A stretch of DNA of 64,000 nt from the NCBI GenBank assembly GCA_964428355.1, contig CAYRYU010000009.1, positions 13,043-77,042 on the forward strand, given 5' to 3'. This document shows, in pieces, positions 1-8,424 of the stretch (the stretch's first letter is position 1; every line of letters begins with the position of its first letter). The position numbers and the translations under genes are program-made. The DNA comes from an uncultured bacterium (GTDB taxonomy: Bacteria; Muiribacteriota; Ozemobacteria; Ozemobacterales; Ozemobacteraceae). The notes beneath the pieces were generated by a model. That model worked only from the letters and a program-made list of their open reading frames with translations. It was not told the DNA's origin and did not search any database.

Positions 1-60
1 GACCCGCCCGCCATGGCAATCCCTACTGCTGCTATAGGGATTCGAACCGGGGGCTTCCCG

Positions 61-105
61 AACCTGAGGTTTTTCAAACCTGAGGTTTTTCAAACCTGAG
101 GTTTT
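61..105. repeat. Three tandem copies of a ~16-bp unit, AACCTGAGGTTTTT(C)A, immediately upstream of a sigma-70 promoter
   Basis: Direct reading: aacctgaggtttttca repeated at 61–76, 77–92 and 93–105 (last copy truncated). Confidence 0.8.
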
Positions 106-154
106 CCGCCCCGGATGGCCGCAAAGCAATTGTCCCGTACCTTGCACAAAAAAA

Positions 155-183
155 TTGACAAGGTCCGACCGGTCGAGTAGACT
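155..183 (+). promoter_or_regulatory. Sigma-70-type promoter (TTGACA-17-TAGACT)
   Basis: -35 TTGACA at 155–160, 17-nt spacer, -10 TAGACT at 178–183. The ORF track's TTG start at 155 coincides with the -35 box, so the true start is taken to be downstream. Confidence 0.6.
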
Positions 184-241
184 AGCTCACATTCGTTCGT
201 TTATTCGTGCATCAAAAATTCTCATGGACAAGAGGTATGTC

Positions 242-808
242 ATGGGCCGCAAGAGAACCTGCGAACTTCCCTTCTGCAAAGGCTTGGTCGAGGGCACCCG
301 GAACAAGCGCCGGTGCGATAACGATCGCAACATCCACCTTCACCAGGTGATCTCGAAGAACGTAAAAAAGATCATGCGGTACATCGAAACCCGGGAAGAC
401 CTCACTGCGAACGACGTCAACCGGGATCTTTTCAAGAACCGTTTGGACAAGAACGAGAAAGGGTCGATGTACAGGCTTTTCCAGGCAATGGTTCGGGAAG
501 GCTATCTTGGCGAGAAGGGAAAACGCGAAGGCCTCAAGGTCTACACCTTCAACGGGACACCGGACCAGAAGGACTTCGAGATCATCTCCGAGACTTCCGC
601 TCACGTCGAACCCCCGCCCCCCCTCGCGCCCCGTGAGATCCTCCGCGGAAAACTCAGAGAGTTCGTCCACCTGAAAAACGGCTCCTGGAACCATGACGAT
701 TGGCTCTGGCTCGTCAACCGCCCCGATATCCGGGAGTTCAACCTTTCCGATCCTGAAATCGGAGCCCTCCTCGAGGAGGAGAAGAGCCGTTTCTGGTCCA
801 ACCGTTAG
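242..808 (+). CDS. Hypothetical small protein with an N-terminal Cys-rich (C-x4-C…C…H-x-H) putative zinc-binding motif
   Basis: Same frame as track ORF 155..808, with the start reassigned to ATG 242, which has an AGAGG Shine-Dalgarno 6 nt upstream. No recognisable family. A promoter lies upstream and a terminator downstream. Confidence 0.5.
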   Translation: MGRKRTCELPFCKGLVEGTRNKRRCDNDRNIHLHQVISKNVKKIMRYIETREDLTANDVNRDLFKNRLDKNEKGSMYRLFQAMVREGYLGEKGKREGLKVYTFNGTPDQKDFEIISETSAHVEPPPPLAPREILRGKLREFVHLKNGSWNHDDWLWLVNRPDIREFNLSDPEIGALLEEEKSRFWSNR

Positions 809-854
809 CGGAAGGTTTTTCCCCGCTCCGGTCAATTTGACTTTCGGAACCGAA

Positions 855-890
855 CCCCAGGGAGATCCCCTGGGGTTCGTTCTTTTCGCC
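855..890 (+). terminator. Rho-independent terminator (8-bp GC stem ccccaggg/ccctgggg followed by a T-rich tract)
   Basis: Hairpin at 855–875 followed by ttcgttcttttcgcc, about 50 nt after the stop at 808. Confidence 0.6.
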
Positions 891-987
891 CTTCGGGATC
901 AATGCTCCGGAATTCCTTTTTGACGGCCAAAAGGGAATGGGCTTTGCGATTGAAGCCGGGGCTGAGGTTGCGGCAATGGCAACCGAG

Positions 988-1031
988 CAGAAAACGGAAA
1001 AAAGAGAGAAGCCGGGGAACCCCGGCTTCTC
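988..1031 (-). terminator. Rho-independent terminator for the minus-strand acidic-protein gene (12-bp perfect stem gagaagccgggg/ccccggcttctc)
   Basis: Perfect palindrome at 1006–1031. On the minus strand it is followed by a T-run (plus-strand 990–1005 reads cagaaaacggaaaaaaga). Confidence 0.6.
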
Positions 1032-1073
1032 TTGATATCAAATCAAAGGTTTGACCAACACTGCGAAAGAAAA

Positions 1074-1544
1074 CTATTCGTCCTCTTCCTCGTCTTCCTC
1101 TTCATCGTCGTCGTCGAGGTCATCATCGTCATCCTCGGCTTCGTCTTCCTCGTCCTCGAAGTCGTCGTCAAACTCTTCATCGTCGTCGTCGAAGTCGTCT
1201 TCGTCTTCGTCCTCGTCGTCGTCGTCGTATTCCTCGTCGTCGAAATCCTCGTCGAGATCGTCGTCATCGTCGTCCTCGTCGAGGTCGTCGTCATCCTCCT
1301 CTTCGGGGAGGTCTTCGGGTTCGTCTTCCCCCTCTTCCTCCTCGTCGTCTACTTCGTCTTCCGCCTCCTCATCCTCATCTTCAACATCTTCTTCCTTATC
1401 GACCTCCTCCCATTTCTTCTTGGGAGAAAAAAGTTGAGCTTCGTCGGCTTCCCAATAATGTTTCAGCATGAGGGAACTCCTTTCGGAAAGTTTGGACTTT
1501 TTCAATGGTGGGATATTGTCATAATTCATGCCCCATGTCAACAA
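1074..1544 (-). CDS. Highly acidic protein: a ~45-aa unique N-terminus followed by a ~110-aa poly-Asp/Glu low-complexity tail
   Basis: Track ORF 1074..1544(-), protein MLTWGMNYDNIPPLKK…EDEDEE…. It lies on a GAA/GAC trinucleotide-rich tract and has a strong terminator just downstream on the same strand. The plus-strand overlap would encode poly-Ser/poly-Val low complexity. Confidence 0.45.
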   Translation of the reverse strand: MLTWGMNYDNIPPLKKSKLSERSSLMLKHYWEADEAQLFSPKKKWEEVDKEEDVEDEDEEAEDEVDDEEEEGEDEPEDLPEEEDDDDLDEDDDDDDLDEDFDDEEYDDDDEDEDEDDFDDDDEEFDDDFEDEEDEAEDDDDDLDDDDEEEDEEEDE

Positions 1545-1619
1545 AAAAAAGATCCGTGGAAGGGTACCCTTGAAAACTCGATTGGGGCTTGGCAGGATTG
1601 GCTCGGGTACCCAAATTCC

Positions 1620-1648
1620 TTGACTTGATGCTGTGGTTGAAGTATACT
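1620..1648 (+). promoter_or_regulatory. Sigma-70 promoter (TTGACT-17-TATACT) upstream of ffh
   Basis: -35 at 1620–1625, 17-nt spacer, -10 at 1643–1648. GGGGGA Shine-Dalgarno at 1668–1673 and TTG start at 1680. Confidence 0.65.
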
Positions 1649-1679
1649 TGGAGTCTGATTTTCTACCTGGGGGAATATT

Positions 1680-3026
1680 TTGTTCCAGAATCTATCGGAA
1701 AAGTTCTTCTCGATCTTCGACCGGCTGCGAAAATCCGGGAAACTCTCGGAAAAAGAGATCGATGCGGCAATGTCCGAGGTCAAGATCGCCCTCCTGGAGG
1801 CTGACGTCAACTTCAAGGTGGTCAAGCAGTTTACGAACCGTGTCAAGGCGAAAGCGATCGGCGCGGATGTCCTCAAGAGTCTGACTCCGGCCCAACAGGT
1901 CGTCAAGATCGTTCTGGACGAGCTTACCGGGCTCCTTGGCGGAAAACAGGAAAAACTCACCTACTCCTCCAAAAAGCCGACCGTTATCCTCATGGCGGGC
2001 CTCCAGGGCTCAGGAAAGACCACCACCTGCGCCAAGCTGGGCCTCCATCTTCGGAAAGGGGAAGGCAAGTCTCTTCTTCTCGTGGCTTGCGACGTTTACC
2101 GTCCCGCCGCGGTAAAGCAGCTCGAGATTCTCGGGAACCAGCTTGGAATCCCCGTTTTCTCCAAACCCCCCGGCACCCGTCCGGCCGACATCGCAAGGGC
2201 CGCGATCGACCACGCGAAGGAAAACGACGTGGACGTGGTCATCATAGACACCGCCGGCCGCCTCCAGATCGACGAGGAGATGATGGCGGAAGTCAGGGAG
2301 ATCAAGGAGGTCACTTCACCCCACGAGATCCTCCTGGTCGTCGATTCCATGACGGGCCAGGGCGCGGTCAACATCGCCAAGGGGTTCAACGAGATCCTGG
2401 AGCTTTCCGGAATCGTTCTTTCCAAGCTCGACGGCGATGCCAGGGGCGGCGCGGCTCTTTCCATACGCGAGGTGACGGGGAAGCCGATCAAGTTCGTTGG
2501 AATCGGGGAAAAGGCATCGGCCCTCGAACCCTTCTTCCCCGAACGCATGGCGCAGCGGATCCTCGGAATGGGTGACGTGGTCTCCCTCATCGAAAAGGCC
2601 CAGGCCAACATGGATGAGGAGAAGATGCGGGAACTCGAAAACCGCATGAGGGAAGCCGAGTTCAACTTCAACGATTTCCTCGACCAGCTCAACCAGATCA
2701 AGAAAATGGGGCCTCTCGACCAGCTTCTGTCGATGATTCCAGGGTTCTCCTCGATGCCGAAGCTTTCGGAGATGTCCTACGACGACAAGAACTTCAAGCG
2801 ATTCGAGGCCATCATCCTGTCGATGACCCCGGCGGAACGCGCCAATCCCGATCTCATCGACGGAAGCCGCCGGAAGCGGATCGCGGCCGGGAGCGCAAAC
2901 TCCATCCAGAATGTCAACCTTCTTCTCAAGCAGTTCAGCCAGATGCGCCAGATGATGAAACAGCTGGGCAGCATGGCCAAGAGGTCCAAGCTTTCCAAAC
3001 TGTCCAAGTTCCTACCCAAATTTTGA
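1680..3026 (+). CDS. ffh: Signal recognition particle protein Ffh
   Basis: 448 aa with GTPase motifs (GLQGSGKTTT, DTAGR) and an M-domain. TTG start. Leads the classic ffh-rpsP-rimM-trmD-rplS neighbourhood. Confidence 0.95.
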   Translation: MFQNLSEKFFSIFDRLRKSGKLSEKEIDAAMSEVKIALLEADVNFKVVKQFTNRVKAKAIGADVLKSLTPAQQVVKIVLDELTGLLGGKQEKLTYSSKKPTVILMAGLQGSGKTTTCAKLGLHLRKGEGKSLLLVACDVYRPAAVKQLEILGNQLGIPVFSKPPGTRPADIARAAIDHAKENDVDVVIIDTAGRLQIDEEMMAEVREIKEVTSPHEILLVVDSMTGQGAVNIAKGFNEILELSGIVLSKLDGDARGGAALSIREVTGKPIKFVGIGEKASALEPFFPERMAQRILGMGDVVSLIEKAQANMDEEKMRELENRMREAEFNFNDFLDQLNQIKKMGPLDQLLSMIPGFSSMPKLSEMSYDDKNFKRFEAIILSMTPAERANPDLIDGSRRKRIAAGSANSIQNVNLLLKQFSQMRQMMKQLGSMAKRSKLSKLSKFLPKF

Positions 3027-3076
3027 ACGCCTCCGGTTCTTCCGGTGGAATACCCATCAGTTACGAAGGAGTGTTT

Positions 3077-3373
3077 ATGTCAGTATCCATCAGACTCAAG
3101 ATGCTGGGCACGAAAAACCGCCCTTGTTTCCGGTTCGTGGCCATGGACCATCGCAAGACCCGTGACGGAAAGAGCCTGGCCAATCTCGGGTTGTACAACC
3201 CCCTGGCCAACCCCGCCCAGATCGTCCTCGACGAGGAACGGACCCTTCAGTTTCTGAAGACCGGCGCCCAGCCCACCGAAACCGTCCGAAGCCTCCTCAA
3301 GCAGAAAGGCATCGTCGAGGTAACCGTTTCCCATGAGGGAAAGGTCACCACTTCCTGGCAGAAGAAGGGTTGA
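3077..3373 (+). CDS. rpsP: 30S ribosomal protein S16
   Basis: MSVSIRLKMLGTKNRPCFRFVAMDHRKTRDGK… matches S16. AAGGAG Shine-Dalgarno at 3066–3071. Start moved from the track's 3023 to ATG 3077. Confidence 0.9.
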   Translation: MSVSIRLKMLGTKNRPCFRFVAMDHRKTRDGKSLANLGLYNPLANPAQIVLDEERTLQFLKTGAQPTETVRSLLKQKGIVEVTVSHEGKVTTSWQKKG

Positions 3374-3404
3374 TCGGCCTTTTCGGCCGACAAGGAGCTG
3401 ACCG

Positions 3405-3650
3405 GTGTTGAGCAGCGAAGAAGTCAAGAACATGGTCACCAGCCTGGTGAAGGCCCTGGTAGAGCACCCCGACGAGGTTGTCGTGAAACCCATCGAGGGA
3501 GACTCCACCCTGGTTTTCGAGGTCCAGGTCAACCCCGAGGACACGGGAAAGGTCATCGGAAAGAAGGGGCGCACGATCAACGCCCTCCGGACGATCGTCC
3601 GTTCTTCCGCCCTCCCGGGCGACAAGAAGATCATGATGGAGCTCGTCTGA
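3405..3650 (+). CDS. KH-domain RNA-binding protein (YlqC/UPF0109 family)
   Basis: 81 aa with a GKVIGKKGRTINALR KH motif. Its position between rpsP and rimM is conserved. GTG start with an AAGGAG Shine-Dalgarno. Confidence 0.85.
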   Translation: MLSSEEVKNMVTSLVKALVEHPDEVVVKPIEGDSTLVFEVQVNPEDTGKVIGKKGRTINALRTIVRSSALPGDKKIMMELV

Positions 3651-3652
3651 CG

Positions 3653-4258
3653 ATGGCCCGGCTTCCCCCCACCCCGGCGGTAACTCCCGCTCCGGCAGTG
3701 ATGCCGGGGGAAACGGGCATTTCCTCCGAAGGGGAAAGCTGGATCACGGTCGGAAAAGTCCTGAAAACCATCGGATTGAAAGGTTGGGTCAAGATCCAGA
3801 GCAACTCCGACTACCCGGATCGTTTCCGGAAGGATGCCGCCCTCTATCTGGAAGCCCAGCCCGGCGATTTCCAGGAAATCCGGGTTCTGGCATCCCGATC
3901 CAGGGGCTCTTCCGAGTTCCTCGATCTGCTCCTGGAAGGTTCGACAGATCCCGAATCGGCCAGGCGGTTCGTCGGGAAGACGCTGTCCATTCCTCTCTCG
4001 CAGCGTTCCGACCCACCAGGGGGTTCCTTCTACCCCGATGAACTCGAGGGGATGGCCGTTCTGTCTCCCGCCGGACAGCAAGTGGGGCGGGTGGAACTCC
4101 TCGAGGCCGAGGTTCCCTGCCCTTTTCTCGTCATCCGGAGCGAAACTCTCGGCGAAGTCATGGTACCGTTCCGGAAAGTCTTCATCGCTTCGGTCGACCG
4201 GTCCCGACGGATCGTCCAGCTCGTGGTCCCGATCGAAGAACATATCCCCGTCGAGTGA
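3653..4258 (+). CDS. rimM: 16S rRNA processing protein RimM
   Basis: 201 aa with the RimM N-terminal and PRC-barrel regions. Conserved position. Confidence 0.85.
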   Translation: MARLPPTPAVTPAPAVMPGETGISSEGESWITVGKVLKTIGLKGWVKIQSNSDYPDRFRKDAALYLEAQPGDFQEIRVLASRSRGSSEFLDLLLEGSTDPESARRFVGKTLSIPLSQRSDPPGGSFYPDELEGMAVLSPAGQQVGRVELLEAEVPCPFLVIRSETLGEVMVPFRKVFIASVDRSRRIVQLVVPIEEHIPVE

Positions 4259-4266
4259 CTTGAACC

Positions 4267-5010
4267 ATGCAGATCGATGTCGTTACACTCCTCCCGGGAA
4301 TTTTCGACCGGGTCTTCGATGAGAGCGTTCTCGGGGCAGCCCGGAAGAACGGTTTGATCGACATCCGGATCCACAATTTCCGCGACCACGGCGAAGGACG
4401 CCATCGGACCGTCGATGATACGCCATTCGGGGGGGGGCCGGGAATGGTCATGAAGCCGGGGCCTCTGGTTTCCTGCCTGCAAGAGCTGCGCCGACAGCCC
4501 CCCGCCGGAACGGTCATCGGCCTTTCACCCGCGGGAATCCCCCTCACCCAGCCTCTGGTGAAGAAACTCGCATGTCTGCGGAGGGTGATCCTGGTCTGCG
4601 GCCGGTATGAAGGGTTCGACGACCGCATCCTCCCCGAGTTCGACCTCCAGATTTCCCTGGGGGACTACGTGCTCACGGGCGGGGAGTTCGCGGCAATGAC
4701 CGTTGTCGACGCGATCTCCCGGATGATCCCCGGCACCGTGGGCCGGAAGGAATCCGTGGAACAGGATTCCTTCTTTTCCGGGGCGCTCGACCATCCCCAG
4801 TTCACACGGCCCGCCGAATGGCGGAACCGGCCGGTCCCCCCCGTTCTCCTCGAAGGGAACCATGCCCATATCGAGCGGTGGCGTCGGGGAAAGGCCCTTC
4901 GGACCACGGCCATGGAACGGCCGGACGTCTTTGCTTCGATCCCCCTCACAGCCGGGGATCGGGAAGCATTCCAGGCCTCCCTGGAAGGGGAGCCCGCCAC
5001 TTTCAAATGA
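4267..5010 (+). CDS. trmD: tRNA (guanine37-N1)-methyltransferase TrmD
   Basis: 247 aa. MQIDVVTLLPGIF…TPFGGGPGMVMK… is a typical TrmD/SPOUT sequence. Confidence 0.95.
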   Translation: MQIDVVTLLPGIFDRVFDESVLGAARKNGLIDIRIHNFRDHGEGRHRTVDDTPFGGGPGMVMKPGPLVSCLQELRRQPPAGTVIGLSPAGIPLTQPLVKKLACLRRVILVCGRYEGFDDRILPEFDLQISLGDYVLTGGEFAAMTVVDAISRMIPGTVGRKESVEQDSFFSGALDHPQFTRPAEWRNRPVPPVLLEGNHAHIERWRRGKALRTTAMERPDVFASIPLTAGDREAFQASLEGEPATFK

Positions 5011-5036
5011 AACCAATCCTCGGAAGGAGATAGGAT

Positions 5037-5402
5037 ATGAATCCCACCATCGAAAGCGTCGAACGCGCATACCAGAAGGACAAGAAGGCAATCCCGCAGT
5101 TCAGCTCGGGTGACACCCTTCGGGTCAACATCAAGGTCAAGGAAGGCGAGAAGGAACGCCTCCAGGCCTTCGAGGGAGTCGTCATCGCAAAGCGCTACAC
5201 CGGGCTCCGCGAGAACTTCACCATCCGGAAGATCTCCTACGGCGTAGGCGTGGAGCGGACTTTCATGCTCCATTCCCCCAACCTGGCGGAGATCAAACTC
5301 GTCCGCCGCGGCAAGGTCGCGAGAGCAAAGCTTTACTACCTCCGCGGCCGCGTCGGAAAGAAGACCCGGGTAAAGGACAAGATCCTGGCCAAGGAAGACT
5401 GA
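5037..5402 (+). CDS. rplS: 50S ribosomal protein L19
   Basis: 121 aa. GGAAGGAGA Shine-Dalgarno. Sequence resembles L19 (…FEGVVIAKR…[13 protein letters not shown]…). Confidence 0.95.
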   Translation: MNPTIESVERAYQKDKKAIPQFSSGDTLRVNIKVKEGEKERLQAFEGVVIAKRYTGLRENFTIRKISYGVGVERTFMLHSPNLAEIKLVRRGKVARAKLYYLRGRVGKKTRVKDKILAKED

Positions 5403-5406
5403 GCCG

Positions 5407-6510
5407 TTGGTTGAAGAAACACCGGCCCCCGGAACTTCCCAATCCGATTCCCCTGAGGGGGCCCCTTCTCCGGCCGGGACAGGGACCGGAATCCACATCC
5501 GCGACCTTTTTCTGAGGGTCGGGAAGGCTCTTGCGGTTCCGATCGACCAGATCGAAGCGGACGAGGTCCTCGCAGACCCGTCCGTTTCGATCGGTGGGAC
5601 TGTTGGCGGCCGTTTTCCCGAGGGAGGGGTCCGGGCGGAACTCCTTCATTCCCCGCGGGGAAACGCGCCCACGCGGATCTCCGTCCCTTTCCAGGAAAGG
5701 AACCGGTTCTCGGCGGGAGTTTTCCTCCGCAACGGGATGAACTACTTCAATATCAGGATCCTCAAAAAAGAGGGAGAAGCCGTTCTTGAGGAGAAGTCGT
5801 TCCAGCTATACTATAAATCCCCGTTCAGAGAGTGGAACGAGACGATTTTCATCGCATTTTTCCTCGCGCTGATGATCCGGAGCCTTGTCGTCCAGGCATT
5901 CTGGATTCCGACGGGGAGCATGGAGAACACCCTTCTTGGAGAAAAGCGCGATATCAACAATGTCCTGACCCGGTCCGGCGACCGGATCCTGGTCAACCGG
6001 TTCGCCTATGTCATCGACCTCTCGCTCGACGGCAAATTCCCCTTCCTGCCGAGGTTCTGGCTCAATCTCCCGCAGCGGGGAGACATAGTCGTTTTCAAAT
6101 ACCCGAGCAAGGACCCCAAAGAGCCCCCGCGGGATTTCATCAAGCGCGTGATCGGGCTCCCGGGCGATTCGATCAAGGTATCCGACGGAACCGTTCACGT
6201 GAACGGGACCCCGCTCGTCGAAGACTATATCAAGGAGCGCCCCTTCCAGGATTACGAGACGGTCGTCCCCAACGATTCCCTTTTCGTCATGGGCGACAAC
6301 CGGAACAACAGCTCTGACAGCAGATATTGGGGCCCCATGCCGTTGAAGAACCTCAAGGGTCAGGCGGTTTTCCTGTACTGGCCGTTCGGCCGGATCCAAT
6401 CGATCCGCAGCCATCCTCATCAGAACGTGAACTCCGCGGTCGGAATCCCCGATACGGGGGCAAGATTCCCTGAGGAGCCTTCGACTCCCGAAGCTCCCGG
6501 GACGCCCTGA
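5407..6510 (+). CDS. lepB: Signal peptidase I (LepB) with an unusual ~140-aa Pro/Gly-rich N-terminal extension
   Basis: S26 motifs present: SMENTL (Ser box), GDIVVFKYP, KRVIGLPGD, VMGDNRNNSSDSRYWG. The only transmembrane segment is at aa ~140, so an internal start near 5737 is possible. Confidence 0.8.
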   Translation: MVEETPAPGTSQSDSPEGAPSPAGTGTGIHIRDLFLRVGKALAVPIDQIEADEVLADPSVSIGGTVGGRFPEGGVRAELLHSPRGNAPTRISVPFQERNRFSAGVFLRNGMNYFNIRILKKEGEAVLEEKSFQLYYKSPFREWNETIFIAFFLALMIRSLVVQAFWIPTGSMENTLLGEKRDINNVLTRSGDRILVNRFAYVIDLSLDGKFPFLPRFWLNLPQRGDIVVFKYPSKDPKEPPRDFIKRVIGLPGDSIKVSDGTVHVNGTPLVEDYIKERPFQDYETVVPNDSLFVMGDNRNNSSDSRYWGPMPLKNLKGQAVFLYWPFGRIQSIRSHPHQNVNSAVGIPDTGARFPEEPSTPEAPGTP

Positions 6511-6541
6511 GCGCAGGCCGGCAGGGCACCCGAGGAAGAGA

Positions 6542-7429
6542 GTGACGGCGATATCCACCAATTCCGGCATGCACCGGGAACTCCCGGGCCATATCCGGAA
6601 GGCCTTTCGTTCCATCGAACGTTTCCTTCCGGTGGTCGATCTGCTGATCGAGCTGGCAGATGCCCGGATGCCCGGCTCCTCGAGAATCTCGGGTTTCGTT
6701 ACCGGGTTGGGAAAGCCTTCCCTCCTCGTTCTCGGGAAAGCCGATCTCGCTGATCCGGAGCTCACTTCCGAGTGGGTATCCCGGTTCGAGGAAGAGGGGA
6801 CAGCCTGCGTCGCCCTGGACGCAAAAGCTCCCGCCTCGGTGAAGGGCCTCCTCGAGAGGCTTCAGCGGCTGCTCTCCGGCCTCCCCTCATCATCCGGAAC
6901 CCCGGGTCCCGGCCGGCCAAGACGTCTGATGGTGATCGGGATTCCCAACGTGGGAAAATCGACATTGATCAACTCTCTCGCGGGGCGAAGAGCCGCGAGA
7001 GTGGCGAATCTCCCCGGAGTCACCCGGGACATCCAGTGGATCAAGCTCGCGGGACGTCTCGAACTGCTCGATCTTCCGGGAGTCCTGGATTTCAACCTCC
7101 TCAAGCGCGGAACCGACCTGCGACTGATCAACACGGTCCCGGGACCGGAGGACGACCCATTCGAAAGGGCGAGACGCCTTTGCACCCTGGTCTCGGAACG
7201 CGGAGGCCACCCGGATTTCCCAGCCGCCCCGGGAGCCGTTTTTTCGGAGTTCCTCGATGGTTACGCGCGGGGAAGGCATTTTCTCCTGAAGGGCGGAGAT
7301 CCCGACCACACTAGGGCCGCCATCGACCTCGTCCATCGGTTCCAGCAGGGAAAATTGGGCCGGATCAGCCTGGAGGCCCCTTCCGATCCCGCTCCAGCCT
7401 CATTCGACGGCCGGGAGGAGGCTGAATGA
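6542..7429 (+). CDS. rbgA: Ribosome biogenesis GTPase A (RbgA/YlqF), circularly permuted GTPase
   Basis: Permuted order G4 (LGKAD) … G1 (GIPNVGKST) … G3 (DLPG). Follows lepB as in Firmicutes-type neighbourhoods. Confidence 0.8.
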   Translation: MTAISTNSGMHRELPGHIRKAFRSIERFLPVVDLLIELADARMPGSSRISGFVTGLGKPSLLVLGKADLADPELTSEWVSRFEEEGTACVALDAKAPASVKGLLERLQRLLSGLPSSSGTPGPGRPRRLMVIGIPNVGKSTLINSLAGRRAARVANLPGVTRDIQWIKLAGRLELLDLPGVLDFNLLKRGTDLRLINTVPGPEDDPFERARRLCTLVSERGGHPDFPAAPGAVFSEFLDGYARGRHFLLKGGDPDHTRAAIDLVHRFQQGKLGRISLEAPSDPAPASFDGREEAE

Positions 7430-8424
7430 CCCGGAACGAGGAAATGTTCGAACTGAACGAGGATCTCTCCCGCCATCTGCTTACGGCCGGAGGGTCCAAC
7501 GGCCTCGACCTGATCCGGGAACTTCCTTCGGTAACGGTCAGGGCACGGGGAAACCAGCTGTTTCTCGGAGGCGACCCCGTGAAGGTGAAGCTGGTCAAGC
7601 GCTTCCTGAACATCCTTGCCCAGAGGCTGAACGGGAACGGGATGATGGATGTTTCTGAAATGAAGCACCTCTTCCGGGAACTCACATCCGACAACCCGGT
7701 TTCCCCCTCCTCCGCCCCCGGAGCAGGAGAGGAGCCCTTCGACGAGATCCTGGTCTCGCATTCGGGCAGATCGATCAGGCCGAAGACCGCGAACCAGCGG
7801 GCGTACATCGAGGCGATGAGGACACACGAGATCACGGTCTCGATCGGTCCCGCGGGTACGGGCAAGACTTATCTTGCGATCGCGATGGCGGTCCGGGCAT
7901 TGAAGGAGAAGCAGGTTTCCCGGCTGATCCTCTCCCGACCGACCATCGAGGCAGGCGAGAAACTCGGCTACCTCCCCGGGGACATCCTCGAAAAAGTCGA
8001 CCCGCACTTCCGGCCGCTCTACGACGCGATCCAGGAGTTTCTGGGTGTTTCCAGGTTCCAGCAACTCCTCCGGCAGGGTATAATCGAGATCACTCCCCTC
8101 GGTTTCATGCGAGGCAGGACTTTCAACGAGGCCTTCATCGTTCTGGATGAAGCCCAGAACACGACACTGAAACAGATGCGAATGTTCCTCACCCGCATGG
8201 GTTACGGCTCCAGGGTGGTAGTGACCGGAGATCGGACGCAGATAGACCTTCCCTCCCCGCGCGATTCCGCTCTCTCTACGCTCCAGGCCGTTCTCGGCAG
8301 ACTTTCACGCGTCGCGTTCCTCGAACTGGGCGATCGGGACGTGATAAGGCACGAGCTTGTCCGCGAGATAATCCAGGCCTATGAAGCCTTCTTCCGGGAA
8401 GAATCGGAGGATGGTAAAAGATGA
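7426..8424 (+). CDS. phoH: PhoH-like ATPase (PhoH/YbeZ)
   Basis: GPAGTGKTYLA Walker A and VVTGDRTQIDLP motifs. 4-nt overlap with rbgA. Confidence 0.9.
   Translation: MTRNEEMFELNEDLSRHLLTAGGSNGLDLIRELPSVTVRARGNQLFLGGDPVKVKLVKRFLNILAQRLNGNGMMDVSEMKHLFRELTSDNPVSPSSAPGAGEEPFDEILVSHSGRSIRPKTANQRAYIEAMRTHEITVSIGPAGTGKTYLAIAMAVRALKEKQVSRLILSRPTIEAGEKLGYLPGDILEKVDPHFRPLYDAIQEFLGVSRFQQLLRQGIIEITPLGFMRGRTFNEAFIVLDEAQNTTLKQMRMFLTRMGYGSRVVVTGDRTQIDLPSPRDSALSTLQAVLGRLSRVAFLELGDRDVIRHELVREIIQAYEAFFREESEDGKR

Noticed and set aside
30-60. tRNA-like T-loop motif GGATTCGAACC (reverse complement of GGTTCGAATCC) near the window start, possibly a tRNA 3' remnant or integration site
   Set aside because: The flanking bases do not form a T-stem (only 2 of 5 pairs). 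No acceptor stem or CCA lies at the right distance on either strand, so it looks like a chance occurrence.
61-105. Possible CRISPR array
   Set aside because: Only three contiguous 16-bp repeats with no spacers. No CRISPR-like repeat-spacer periodicity was seen elsewhere in the window.
1557-1612. Two GGGTACCC palindromes (a 12-bp aagggtaccctt and a second GGGTACCC ~40 bp away); the motif recurs in the V-ATPase promoter spacer at 50314
   Set aside because: They are short, and such palindromes are expected by chance at this GC content. There is no supporting context, so they are noted only.
1032-1628. Plus-strand ORFs 1032..1628 and 1051..1437 encoding poly-Val/Phe and poly-Ser low-complexity peptides
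   Set aside because: They are frame artefacts of the trinucleotide-repeat tract. The minus strand has a unique N-terminus and a dedicated terminator, so the minus-strand acidic ORF is preferred, though not proven.
3080-4243. 387-aa antisense ORF opposite rpsP, the KH protein and rimM
   Set aside because: It lies opposite three well-supported conserved genes. The translation is Arg/Gly/Pro-rich, as expected for high-GC antisense frames.
5806-6765. 319-aa antisense ORF opposite lepB and rbgA
   Set aside because: It overlaps conserved signal peptidase and RbgA motifs on the other strand and has no recognisable domains.
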